The notes below the pieces were generated by a model that was given only the letters and a program-made list of their open reading frames with translations, did not search any database and had not been told where the DNA came from. From Felis catus (lineage: Eukaryota): a DNA stretch of 64,000 nucleotides. Within the stretch, counting starts at the first letter, position 1; the number at the start of each line of letters is the position of its first letter. This document shows positions 38,555-51,259 of the stretch, piece after piece. The stretch lies in assembly GCF_018350175.1 (NCBI RefSeq), contig NC_058368.1, positions 112,842,001 through 112,906,000 on the forward strand, written 5' to 3'. The position numbers and the translations under genes are program-made.

Positions 38555-39365
38555 TAAAATAGCCGTGGTGTGGAAACACCTTTCATGTCCATCCACAGAC
38601 GAATGGATAAAGAAAATGCGGTATATACCTACAGTAGAATGTTTTTCAGCCTTAAAGAAGGAAATTTGGGGCATCTAGGTGGTTCAGTCAGTTGAGTGTC
38701 CAACTTTGGCTCAGTTCATGGTCTCACGGTTCGTGGGTTTGAGCCCTGTGTCAGGCTCTGTCTTGACAGCTCAGAGCCTGGAGTCTGCTTCAGATTCTGT
38801 GTCTTTCTCTCTCTATGCCCCTCCCGAGCTTGTGCGCACATTCGCTCACTCACTCGCTCTCTCTCTCTCTGTCTCAAAAATAAACAAATAAACTTAAAAG
38901 AAATAGAAGGAAATTCTGCCCTATAAGAAACTGTGGGTGAACCTCGGATTATGCTAAGTGAAATAAGGCCACCTCAGAAAGACAAAACTGCATGATAAGT
39001 TACTTACAGTGGTCACAGTCATAGAAACAGAGGATAAAGTGAGCAGGATCCAGGGGCTGGGGATGAGGGAAATGAGATGTAGTTGTTAAACTGTCACTTG
39101 TGATAGATGAATCTGCTGTACAACACTGTGTTTGTACTTAACAACACTGTATTGTGCACTTAAAAATCTGTTCAGAGGGTAGTTCTCATATTAAGTGTTT
39201 TTAATACAAAACAAAAACAGAGGCAGGAGGCAATGTTTATTACTGTGATTGTGGTGACAGTTTCATGAGAAAATTCCAATCTCTGAACTCATCAAATTGT
39301 AGACATTAAATAAGTCCAAAGAGTTTTTGTATAACAATGATACCTCAGTAAAGCTGCCTTTGAAA
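38555..39365 (+). mobile_element. Old L1 (L1MA/MB-like) 3' end interrupted by a SINE
   Basis: atgtccatccacagacgaatggataaagaaaatg..ttatgctaagtgaaataag..gagggtagttctcatattaagtg..tacctcagtaaagctg. Confidence 0.8.
38668..38904 (+). mobile_element. CanSINE
   Basis: Flanks agaaggaaatt. Confidence 0.93.
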
Positions 39366-39512
39366 AAAACTATCATTTATAATCCTGTTTACACATAAAC
39401 ATTTTAGGAGTGTGCACGATTGCTTTTTGTAAATTACAGAATTTTTACATTTAGCTTGTTGTCTATGCAGTTGACACATAGAAAGGTCTGACTAGAACTG
39501 GTCATGACTTTT

Positions 39513-42500
39513 TTTTTTAACTTTATTTTTTATTTTTTTAAATTTACATCCAAATTAGTTAGCATATAGTGAAGCAATGATTTCAGGAGTAGATTCCTTA
39601 GTGCCCCTTGCCCATTTAGCCCATCCCCCCTCCCACAACCCCTCCAGTAACCCTCTGTTTGTTCTTCATATTTATGAGTCTTTTCTGTTTTGTCCCCCTC
39701 CCTGTTTTTATACTGTTTTTGCTTCCCTTCCCTTACATTCATCTGTTTTGTCTCTTAAAGTCTTCATATGAGTGAAGTCATATGATTTTTCTCTTTCTCT
39801 GACTGACTAATTTCACTTAGCGTAATACCCTCCAGTTCCATCCACGTAGTTGCAAATGGCAAGATTTCATTCTTTTTGATTGCCGACTAATACTCCATTG
39901 TACATATATACCACATCTTCTTTATCCATTCATCCATCGATGGACATTTGGGCTCTTTCCATACTTGGGCTATTGCTGATAGTGCTGCTATAAACATGGG
40001 GGTGCGTGTGTCCCTTCGAAACAGCACACCTGTATCTCTTGGATAAATGCCTAGGAGTGCAATTGCTGGGTCGTAGGGTGGTTCTATTTTTAGTTTTTTG
40101 AGGAACCTCCATACTGTTTTCCAGAGTGGCTGCCCCAGCTTGCATTCCCACCAACATGAAAAAGAGATCCTCTTTCTCCGCATCCTCGGCAACATCTGTT
40201 GTTGCCTGAGTTGTTAATGTTAGCCATTCTGACAGGTGTCAGGTGGTATCACATTGTGGTTTTGATCCGTATTTCCCTGATGATGAGTGATGTTGAGCAT
40301 TTATTCATGTGTCGATTGGCCATCTGGATGTCTTCTCTGGAGAAGTGTCTATTCATGTCTTTTGCCCATTTCTTCTCTGGATTATTTGTTTTTATGTGTG
40401 TTGAGTTTGATAAGTTCTTTGTAGATTTTGGATACTAACCCTTTATCTGATATGTCATTTGTAAATATCTTCTCCCATTCTGTCAGTTGCCTTTTAGTTT
40501 TGCTAATTGTTTCCTTCACTGTGAAGAAGCTTTTATTTTGATGAGGTCCCAGTAGTTCATTTTTGCTTTTGTTTCCCTTGCCTCTGGAGACGTGTTGAGT
40601 AAGAAGTTGCTGTGGCCAAGATCAAAGAGGTTTTTGCCTGCTTTCTCCTCAAGGAGTTTGATGGCTTCCTGTCTTACATTGAGGTCTTTCATCCATTTTG
40701 AGTTTATTTTTGTGTCTGGTGTAAGAAAGTGGTCCAGGTTCATTCTTCTGCATGTCACTGTCCAGTTTTCCCAGCACCACTTGCTGAAGGACTGTCTTTA
40801 TTCCATTGGATGTTCTTTCCTGCTTCATCAAAGATTAGTTGGCCATACTTTTGTGGGTCCATTTCTGGGTTCTCTATTCTATTCCATTGATCTGAGTGTC
40901 TGTTCTTGTGCCAGTACCATACTGTCTTGATGATTACAGCTTTGTAGTATAGCTTGAAGTCTGGGATTGTGAGGCCTCCTGCTGTGGTTTTCTTTTTCAA
41001 GATCGCTTTGGCTATTTGGGGTCTTTTCTGGTTCCATACAAATTTTAGGATTATTTGTTCTAGCTCTGTGAACAATGCTGTGTTACTTTGATAGGAATCA
41101 CGTTGAATATGTAGATTGCTTTGGGTAGTGTCGACATTTTAACAATATTTGTTCTTCCTATCCAGGATCATGGCATCTTTTTCCATTTCTTTGTGTCTTC
41201 TTCAATTTCTTTCATAAGCTTTCTATAGTTTTCAATGTATAGATTTTTCAGCTCTTTGGTTAGATTTATTCCTAGGTATTTTATGGGTTTTTGGGCAACT
41301 GTAAATGGGATCGATTCCTTGATTTCTCTTTCTGTTGTTTCATTGTTGGTGCATAGGAATGCAACCGATTTCTGTGCATTGATTTTATATCCTGCAACCT
41401 AGCTGAATTCATGAATCAGTTCTAGCAGTTTTTTGGTGGAATCTTTTGGGTTTTCCACATAGAGTATCATGTCATCTGTGAAGAGTGAAAGTTTGACCTC
41501 CTCCTGGCTGATGTGGATGCCTTTTATTTCTTTGTGTTGTCTGATTGCAGAGGCTAAGAATTCCAATACTATGTTGAATAACAGTGGCGAGAGTGGACAT
41601 CCCTGTCTTGTTCCTGACATTAGGGGGAAAGCTGTCAGTTTTTCCCCATTGAGGATGATATTAGCATTGGGTTGTTCATATATGGCTTTTATGATCTGGA
41701 GGTATGTTCCTTCTATTCCTGCTTTCTTGAGGGTTTTTATCAAGAAAGGTTGCTGTATATTGTCAAATGCTTTCTCTGCATCTATTGAGAGGATCATATG
41801 GTTCTTGTCCTTTCTTTTATTGATGTGATGAATCACGTTAATTGTTTTGTGGATATTGAACCAGCCCTGCATCCCAGGTATAAATCCCACTTGGTCGAGG
41901 TGAATAATTTTTTTAATGTATTATTGGATCCGGTTGGCTAATGTCTTGTTGAGGATTTTTGCATCCATGTTCATCAGGAAATTGGTCTATCGTTCTCCTT
42001 TTTAGTGGGGTCTCTGTCTGGTTTTGGAATCAAGGTAATGCTGGCTTCAAAGAAAGAGTTTGGAAGTTTTCCTTCCATTTCTATTTTTTGGAACAGTTTC
42101 AAGAGAATAGGTGTTAACTCTTCCTTAAATGTTTGGTAGAATTCCCCTGGAAAGCCATCTGGCCCTGGACTCTTGTTTTTTGGCAGATTTTTGATTACTA
42201 ATTCGATTTCCTCACTGGTTATGGGTCTGTTCAAATTTTCTATTTCTTCCTGTTTCAGTTTTGGTAATATATATGTTTCTAGGAATTTGTCCATTTCTGC
42301 CAGATTGACCATTTTATTGGCATATAATTGTTCATAATCTCTTATTATTGTTTTTATTTCTGTTGTGTTGGTTGTGACCTCTCCTCTTTCATTCTTGATT
42401 TTACTTATTTGGGTCCTTTCCTTTTCCTTCTTGATCAAACTGGCTAGTGGGTTATCAATTTTGTTAATTCTTTCAAAGAACCAGCTTCTGGTTTCATTGA

Positions 42501-43844
42501 TCTGTTCTACTGTTTTTTTGGTTTCGATAGCATTAATTTCTGCTCTAATCTTTATTATTTCCTATCTTCTGCTAGTTTGGGGTTTTATTTGCTCCTCTTT
42601 TTCCAGCTCCTTACGGTGTAAGGTTAGGTTGTATATCTGAGATCTTTCTTCCTTGTTTAGGAAGGCCTGGATTGCTATTTACTTTCCTCTTATGACCGCC
42701 TTTGCTGCATCCCAGAAGTTTTGGGTTGTGGTGCTATCATTTTCATGACTTCCATATATTTTTTAATTTCCTCTTTAACTGCTTGGTTAGCCTATTCATT
42801 CTTTAGTAGGATTTTCTTCAGTCTCCAAGTATTTGTTACCTTTTGAAATTTTTTCTTGTGGTTGATTTCGAGTTTCATAGCATTGTGGTCTGAAAATATG
42901 CACAGTATGATCTCGATCTTTTTGTACTTACTTAGGGCTGATTTGTTTCCCAGTATATGGTCTATTCTGGAGAATGTTCCATGTGCACTGGAGAAGAATG
43001 TATATTCTGCTACTTTAAGATGAAATGTTCTGAATATATCTGTTAAGTCCATCTGGTCCAGTGTGTCATTCAAGGCCATTGTTTCCTTGTTGATTTTTTG
43101 ATTAGATGATCTGTCCATTGCTGTGAGTGGGGTGTTGAAGTCTCCTACTATTATGGTATTACTATCAATGAGTTTCTTTATGTTTGTGATTAATTGATTT
43201 ATATATTTGGGTGCTCCACATTTGGCACATAAATGTTTACAATTGTTAGGTCTTCTTGGTCTATAGACCCCTTGATTATGATATAATGCCCTTCTGCATC
43301 TCTTGATACAGTCTCTATTTTAAAGTCTATATTGTCTGATATAAGTATGGCTACTCCGGCTTTCTTTTGTTGACCATTAGCATGATAGATTGTTCTCTAT
43401 CCCCTTATTTTCAATCTGTAGGTGTCTTTAGGTCTAAAGTGGGTCTCTTGTAAACAGCATATAGATGGATCTTGTTTTCTTATCCATTCTGTTACCCTAT
43501 GTCTTTTGATTGGATCACTGAGACCATTGACATTTAGAGTGAGTACTGAAAGATATGAATTTATTGCCATTATGATGCTTGTAGAGTTGGAGTTTCTGGT
43601 GGTGTTCTCTGGTCCTTTCTAATGCTTTGTTGCTTTTGCTATTTATATATATATATATTTTTTTTTTCATCTTTTTTCCCCTCAGAGAGTCCCCCTTAAA
43701 ATTTCTTGCAGGGCTGATTTAGTGGTCACAAACTCTTTTAATTTTTGTTTGTCTGGGACACTTTTTATCTCTCCTTCTATTTTGAATGACAGCCTTGCTG
43801 GATAAAGAATTCTTGGCTGCATATTTTTCTGATTCAGCACACTG
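39513..43844 (-). mobile_element. L1 (type B): ORF1 C-terminus, disrupted full ORF2, 3' UTR and tail; 3' part of the U6/L1 chimera
   Basis: ORF1 end SVLNQKNMQPRILYPARLSFKIEGEIK..LRGTL* (stop at 43682-43684). ORF2 starts at 43570 (MAINSYLSVLTLNVNGL) and ends near 39764, split over many frames, with FTDD at the RT active site. Confidence 0.97.
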
Positions 43845-43953
43845 AAAAAAATATGGAACGCTTCACGAATTTGCGTGTCATCCTTGTGCAGGGGCCATGT
43901 TTATCTTCTCTGTAGCGTTCCAAGTTTAGTGTATGTGCTGCCGAAGCGAGCAC
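43845..43953 (-). pseudogene. RNU6: Full-length U6 snRNA retrocopy fused to L1
   Basis: Reverse complement reads GTGCTCGCTTCGGCAGCACATACACTAAACTTGGAACGCTACAGAGAAGATAAACATGGCCCCTGCACAAGGATGACACGCAAATTCGTGAAGCGTTCCATATTTTTTT. About 6 substitutions from canonical mammalian U6; ACAGAGA box intact. Confidence 0.98.
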
Positions 43954-44260
43954 AAACCAGTCGTGACTCTTAAGGGAAGTGAGTTTTGGTCGTTTGGGAA
44001 CCCAGGCCCCACTAGAACCCAGGTTCTAGTTCTTTACAGCCCACCAGCCAATGGAGAAAAAGAGAGAGGAACACATACTGGAAGTAAGAGCTGGATTGAA
44101 AGCAGCACACATCCCTTCCACTCACTTTCTACTGGCCAGAACTTACTCATAGGACCACATTAGCTTCCTGCTAAGCGTTTTGCCAGGGAAGTAAAGAGCT
44201 CATGGATTTTGGTGAGGACCAACTTTCTCTACACAGTTCTGGCTTTCTAAAATGCATCTC

Positions 44261-44642
44261 TGTATATACAATGGAGTATTCCTTAGCAATCAAACAGAAT
44301 GAAATCTTGACATTTGCAACTACATGGATGGAACTGGAGGGTATTATGCTAAGTGAAATTCGTCAGTCAGATAAAGACAAAAATCATATGACTTCACTCG
44401 TATGAGGACTTTAAGAGACAAAACAGATGAACATAAGGGAAGGGAAACAAAAATAATATAAAAACAGGGAGGGGGACAAAACAGAAGAGGCTCATGAATA
44501 CGGAGAACAAACTGAGGGTTACTGGAGGAGTTGTGGGAGGGGCGTGGGCTAAATGGGTAAGGGGCACTAAGGAATCTACTCCTAAAATCACTGTTGCACT
44601 ATATGCTAATTTGGATGTCAATTTTAAAAAATAAAAAAAAAA
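44261..44642 (+). mobile_element. Truncated young L1, type B
   Basis: ORF2 C-terminus (YTMEYSLAIK..HMTSLV), 3' UTR and tail. TSD taaaatgcatct at 44248-44259 and 44643-44654. Confidence 0.94.
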
Positions 44643-45835
44643 TAAAATGCATCTACACAGTTAACCAAATTAGCAAACCTTTACCTACTCTAGCAAGGCA
44701 CTGTGCCTGGGGAATCAGAGCCCATCATGTCTGTTCACCATGAGAATGCTCTGGAGACCACAGTACCCTGCTTGCAGTTCCCACCACAAAGTGACAGGAG
44801 CCACACACAGCTTCCTTTTTGGAGAATCAGGCCTCAGATGTGATACAGTCCTTGAGTCCTTTGCCTGGGTCACACTTTTCCAATAATAGGAGTTGTTGGG
44901 TATCAGGAATACGCATGAGGAGTATGGGAACCCAGTTTATTTTAGAGGAGGAAACACTGGGAAAAGGTATAATGTCTCTGGCATTTTCCTAAGACCTCCC
45001 AAGATAATAATAGACTCTGGACAGCCTGCATGTGCCCAGTTTGAAGCCTTCCTGAAGAAACTGTGTTCTGCTTTTCTTTCAAAGTACTTCTTGTCTCAAA
45101 GGTGTGTTTCCTTTTGCTGCTTGGAAATGGAAGTCTAAACAAGAAGTGAGAATGGTTTTGCAAGGAAAGGTCAAGGGAGGCAGCAATTGTTGACATGAGA
45201 TGGAAGCTGAAACAGTAAGAATGCATCTTACCATTCTTTTACTTTGCAGAGCATAATTGAGGCCCCATATGCTACTCTTTGAAAATGGACTTGGTTTTGC
45301 CCCAAGGCCACACTTCCCATGAGCAGCTATGTGCTCCTGACAGCCACCTTTGGCTCAAGAGCTCCCCAAAGGGTTTGCTGGACTTTTTCCTTTGACTTTG
45401 TGGCAGTCTCAGACACTGCTACCTGACCTTTTCTCCTCTCTCTCACCAGGGGTCTGACTTGCATCACAGTCTGATTGCTTGCCCAGCCTCTGGCTTCTTC
45501 CTTATTCCCTTTTCCTAAGAAAGTCCCCACACCCCCTTGGTGGCATCTTCTTGGGAGGACCAGACTGACACGAAAGTTCATGCTTAATATTACTTTGTTG
45601 ACTATTATTTGCAAGGAAAACACATACAAAACATGTGTATACCACAAATTTCCACAAAGGTCACTTCTAGTAAATCTTCCTTTAAAAGTCCTATGAATTA
45701 AGAAGGAAATGAATAATCAAGAACTCGTGAAGGGGAGTGTGGGATAGATCATGAGGTTTGGGGCACTATTAAATGGTATTTGGCTAGGAAACAGGAGCCT
45801 TATCTCTTGAGGTCCTTAAAAGCAGACTACATACA

Positions 45836-46054
45836 GGGGCACCTGGGTGGCTCATTTGGTTAAGCCTCTGACTTCAGCTCTGGTCGTGATTTCACAGTCT
45901 ATGAGTTTGAGCCCTGCGTCAGACTCTGTGCTGACAGTTCAGAGCCTGTAGTCTGCTTCGGATTCTGTGTCTCCCTCTCTCTGCCCCCTTCCCTGCATGT
46001 GGTCTCTCTGTGTTTCAAAAACAAATAAACATTTAAAAAATTTTTTAAAAAAAA
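45836..46054 (+). mobile_element. CanSINE
   Basis: Flanks agcagactacata / agcagagtacata. Confidence 0.95.
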
Positions 46055-46829
46055 GAGCAGAGTACATATAGGAAACAAGTAGGTAATAATGTACTACTTT
46101 AATGTTTATTATGTTTATTATTGGCTGGGCTGGCCTGTGCCAGGCTTAAGCACCCAACCTAGCCTAAGAGCCTGATAGACAGTACAAAATCTTTAGGTCA
46201 AACTTAAATTCCTGAATCTGTCCACCCTCCAGCCAGACACATGTGGCAGCAGACAAGGAAGCAAGAGTAACCAAATCCATGTGTTTGAAGAAAAGAGAAA
46301 GCAAAATGGCTGAGCCTCCTTCCCCATGAGCATAGACTCTGCCTTGCTTCACCACCTGAGCCACAGGCTTAGGAGGAACAAAAGGGCATCCTAGAAATTC
46401 ACACTGACCCTGCCAACCAGTGAACAGGCCCAGAGTCTTGGAAACCAATCCAATCTGATTACTGTTCCCTCTTCTCACGGGAAGACAGGAGGAGAATAGG
46501 GAGGGGCAAGTAATACTCTCCCTCCTCAGAGAGTATACTTAGATCCTTACTGAAATGTACATTGGTCAGCTAAGAGCTGATTGTGTGTATGCATATGTGT
46601 GTAAGGGGTTTTATGGGAGGCAGTCTCTTCCCTTAAGGAGAGAAAATTTGAATTGGGAAGCAAATACTTACAGAGCTATCAGATAACAATTCCATGCTCA
46701 TCTCTGTGGTGGTTCTGAGCAGTGGGGTGTGTGGGAATAGTGTGGGCTGGGCTCACCAGCCTGAACTTCTACGAAGAGTCAGGCCTGAGCCAGACCCCGG
46801 AAGTTACACTAGGGTCAGAGAGACGGGAG

Positions 46830-47030
46830 GAGAGGCAATGGTTAAGGGCTCAGGTTGTGGCCTCAGACCTGGTTTAAAATCCTGGTTCCACATCTTGTTA
46901 GGTTTTGACAGGTTCCTAAATCTTTCTGAGCCTTGATTTCTTTATCTATAAAATAGAAATAGTAATCTTAAATGCCAGGCTGTTGCAAAGATTGAGATGA
47001 AACATGGAAAGTGCCCAACCTAGTGGTAGA
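46830..47030 (+). mobile_element. MIR
   Basis: tggttaagggctcagg..cagacctggtttaaaatcctgg..ctgagccttgatttctttatctataaaat. Confidence 0.75.
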
Positions 47031-49285
47031 TGGCTTTTGCCATGATGGGTGGAGGGGGGACCCATCTCAACAGAGAGGAGCAGCAGTAGCAGAGGTGTAT
47101 GTGGGGGAACAGGAGGAGGCCAACTGGCCAGGGAGAAGAATGCACTTTGCAAGGTCATGGGGGGTCAGGCTGGCTGATGTGACGGGCCTAGGAAAAACAG
47201 GCACGGAAGACTGGCTGTTAGTCAAAGTTCGTGCAGAAAGAAATAAGGAGAGAGAGGTTTTCCAGTAGCGAGTGGCATGTGGGGGGTTGAGTGTTTAAGT
47301 ACTTGAACCTCTGGGAGCAGTGAAAGAGTAAAAATGTTCCCATGGTCTGTTTTGTCAGAAAGGAGGCTGCATTCTTTCTCCTCTATGGATTCCCGCATGC
47401 AGGATCTACAGCATGGAGGAGAGAAGCATGCGTTTTCTCATCTCAGACAATCCAGAATGCTATCAAGCAAACTTGCAAGAAAGCCGAGGGGAGAGATTGC
47501 CTGTTGTAGTACCAGTTGCTCGCAGAATTGTGTTAATATTCCATAGCTACAGCTGCATTTGCAAAGAAGATATGTAAGAAAATTAAATGCACGAGGACAA
47601 TGTGGAGTCTTACCGAAAAAGTTATTTCTCAAAAATGTGCAATTTACATTTTTTTAATCAATTACAACAAACCCAGATAAAAGGCACTTGGCTTCTACTT
47701 TGAATTCCACCCTAATTACAAAATGACTAATCTATTTACTGAGCTCTTTAATCTTTCCCATATTTCCATCTTCTCCCTGTCTGTTGAGTCAAATAGACAT
47801 CCAAGCCTGTTTGGTTCTTGGACCTACACAGATGTGATTTTCTATGCCATTTTCACATTAAGTTAAATACTCCTTTACAGGCTTTTTCCTCCATTCGTTT
47901 AATCTTGACCTCTTCCGAGAGTCAACATGCATGGTTATCTGTTTTTATTAAGACATTTTGTTCTGTCCTGGAAAATAAAAACTGCATGTGATGTAGCCAA
48001 TTGGGGTTTTAATCACAGCAAAAATGACAGCAGGATTAAAGACTCACAGCTTGATTTAAACAGCCTTGTGACTACCCCCCTCCCCCCGCCCCCATCCCAA
48101 TTCATTCCAGACAAGAAACACAGGCAGTACAGTTGGCCAGCCCCACATTGTTTCACTAAGCATTAGTTTCCTATTGCCTTGGTTCTATTCTACTGGAGAG
48201 AGTAAGATCTTTAGGTCTTATGACTTCTGTGTTTTCCAGTATATTCTGGCTTAGTCCAATTGTAAGTCAACTTGAAGGCCATTTTTGTGGCTAAGCTTGA
48301 GAGACAGCTTTTTTTCCTGCCTCTCCCAGGCTAATGCCCCAATAATGCTCCCTGCTCCACAACCAAGGATGCTTCTGAGCCAAGGGAATAAGGGGTGGCT
48401 CATGGATGAGCCTTTTTGTTCATGGATGCTCATGGATGGCTTAACAGAGACATCAAGATTGAGGCAGAGTATCACATGAAGAGTGTTGTTAAGGTCTATC
48501 CACATGCATCAGAATGGTTTATTCAGTATTGTTTAATAATTTGCTTTTCAATTGCTGATGAGGAAGGAAGGAGCTGTACATGCTGGAACTTTGTGATTGC
48601 TATAAGGAAAGGAGTGCAAAACTTGATCTGGTTGCTAACTGTGCCCAAGGCTTTTTGTGGCTTCTCTGAGCTATGGCACAGGCTTACGAAGGGCTTTCCG
48701 CAGCCTCAGAAGCCCTTGGCAGAGAAAATCCATGCCCAGGTACAGCTACGTGGTAGGAGAGGAAAAGAAATGCAGAGAATACAGGACATCAGAATAAGAA
48801 TAATAAGGGAGAGAAGGGAGAAAAAGATTCATGTTTTAGGGCAGGATGAGGAAGGGACATTCAGTGATGTCCACAGCTGCAGCCTTAACACGTCTCTTTT
48901 CCTAAACCAAATGGCCATGAGGACCTATGCCGTGGATTTTCCAGGAAAGTTCTGATTTCAAATCATTGCTCTAATTGTCAGACTGTGGGTCTTAAATGTA
49001 GATTCAGAAAAAAGGTCATCATAAGGAAAGTACATGAAAATAAACAAGTTACATAGACCCTGCAGGCATATTTAACGATCAACTTCTTGTCCTGCTGAAC
49101 ATATTGAGCCTATTATTGAGAGCGAGTGAGTTATATATCTTCCAATGGACAGTATTAGCTCTGGGGATTTCTTCTCTGAATTAATTACAGTGGGCAGGGA
49201 TTTCTTGGAACTAGTGCTCTATTTTGTTTTTCTTAGGGACTGTGTATGTGAGCCTCATTTAGTTGGCATTTCTATCAGTTTATAC

Positions 49286-49820
49286 TTTTTTTTTCCTTTT
49301 TTTATTTTTATTTTTTTTTATTTTTTATTTTTATTTTTTCAATATATGAAGTTTATTGTCAAATTGGTTTCCATACAACACCCAGTGCTCATCCTAAAAG
49401 GTGCCCTCCTCAATACCCATCACCCACCCTCCCCTCCCTCCCACCCCCCATCAACACTCAGTTTGTTCTCAGTTTTTAAGAGTCTCTTATGCTTTGGCTG
49501 TCTTCCACTCTAACCTCTTTTTTTTTTTTTCCTTCCCCTCCCCCATGGGTTTCTGTTAAGTTTCTCATGATCCACATAAGAGTGAAAACATATGGTATCT
49601 GTCTTTCTCAGTATGGCTTATTTCACTTAGCATCACACTCTCCAGTTCCATCCATGTTGCTACAAAGGGCCATATTTCATTCTTTCTCATTGCCACATAG
49701 TACTCCATTGTGTATATCAACCACAATTTCTTTATCCATTCATCAGTTGATGGACATTTAGGCTCTTTCCATACTTTGGCTATTGTTGAAAGTGCTGCTA
49801 TAAACATTAGCGTACAAGTG
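49286..49820 (-). mobile_element. Truncated young L1, type A
   Basis: ORF 49565-49807 is the ORF2p C-terminus. Duplication gttggcatttcta at 49262-49274 and 49822-49834. Confidence 0.95.
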
Positions 49821-50289
49821 GGTTGGCATTTCTAAAATGTGTTTCAAGTATGAGAAGTCAGACCTCTCATAGAAGGCAATGGTATTTAGTCATTAGCACT
49901 TTGGGTTCTCATTTTAATCCAGTGGATGGCATTTAAGGAATAACATTGAAACAAAATTAGAAAATGAATACATGTTTATTGTAGAACATTTTCAATATAC
50001 AGAAAAGCTAAGAGGAGAAAATCAATATTGCCAGTAGCCCACTCAGGAATAACGATTGCTCACATCTTGAACTTTTGCTTGTGGCCATCTAGCCATTTCT
50101 CCAGATTGTATGTGACAGAGGGAGCGTGTGTACATGTGTATTTCCATGTGTCTATGTGTCTGTGCATACTTCTACAGCTGTAAAAGTTGGGCTCACAACC
50201 TACATACTATTGTTTTGTGGGCCTTTTTTTTTCCCACTAAGAACTGTCATGATTTTATTTCCATATCATTAACTTGGTTTCTACAGCAT

Positions 50290-50518
50290 ATTTTTAAAAA
50301 TATTTAGTTATTTTTGAGAAAGAGAGAATGAAAGTGGGGAAAAGGCAGAGAGAGAGAGAGAGAGACAGAGAGAGAGACAGAGAGAGACAGAGAATCCACA
50401 GGATCCGTGCTGTCAGCGCAGAGCCAGATGCAGGGCTCGAACTCACAAAACTATGAGATCATGACCTGAGCTGAAATCAAGAGCTGGATGCTTAACCTAC
50501 TGAGCCACCCAGGCCCCC
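50290..50518 (-). mobile_element. CanSINE
   Basis: (GA)n, gagatcatgacctgagctgaaatc, gccacccaggcccc. Confidence 0.93.
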
Positions 50519-50652
50519 CCCCACCCCCACAGCGTAGTTTTAATAGCTGCATTTTATTTTATCATATGCCTATACTATAAGTGATTGCAGCAGTTCTCTG
50601 TTATTTGACATTAGGTAATTCCCAGATTTTTGTTTAAAAAATAATATTTTAT

Positions 50653-50890
50653 GGGGCACCTGGGTGGCTCAGTCACTTAAGCGTCCGACTTGGCCTCATG
50701 TCATGATCTCGTGGTTCTTGAGTTCAAGTCCCATATTGGGCTCTGTGCTGACAGCTCAGAGCCTAGACCCTGCTTCAGATTCTTTGTCTCCCTCTCTCTC
50801 TGCCCTTCCCTCACTCATAGTCCGTCCCTCTCTGTCTCTTAAAAATGAATAGACGTTAAAACAAATTTTTTTAAATAAAAAAATAAAAAA
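50653..50890 (+). mobile_element. CanSINE
   Basis: ggggcacctgggtggctcagtc head and A-rich tail. Confidence 0.94.
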
Positions 50891-50894
50891 TACC

Positions 50895-50985
50895 TATTTT
50901 TTATTTTTTATATTTTATTTTTAATATAATTTAATGTCACATTGGTTTCCATACAACACCCATTGCTCATCCCAACAAGTGCTTT
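50895..50985 (-). mobile_element. Short L1 3' end (type A-like)
   Basis: Poly(T) followed by attggtttccatacaacacccattgctcatccca. Confidence 0.85.
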
Positions 50986-51259
50986 TAAATATCCCAGTTC
51001 ATCAATGTGAGGTCATGATTATGATGATTTCCTTAGATAAAATGCCTCCAGTTGGACTCTCTGGGTCCTGAGCATTTTAGCGGCTTCTAATATATTGTCC
51101 AATTACCCTCCAGGAAGAGAACTGAACTTGAGTTTCAGACTCACAAGCAGTGTGAATATTTACTGACACTGCGTATTGACCATTGGTATGTTTTCGTGTC
51201 TCTATTGGAATCATATTCATTTAGCCATACCGCAGGATTATAAAATAATAACAGTCATA

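Noticed and set aside
39764..43570. Retrotransposition-competent ORF2 in the chimera
   Set aside because: Multiple stops and frameshifts, no 5' UTR promoter, and most of ORF1 absent.
43845..43953. Functional U6 gene
   Set aside because: Fused to L1 inside a shared TSD, about 6 substitutions, and no upstream TATA box visible.
44011..44030. Inverted repeat actagaacc-ca-ggttctagt upstream of U6 as a promoter element
   Set aside because: Lies outside the TSD in pre-existing flank, does not resemble a PSE, and a 9-bp stem can arise by chance.
48416..48955. 179-aa ORF
   Set aside because: No recognisable family and no supported exon structure.
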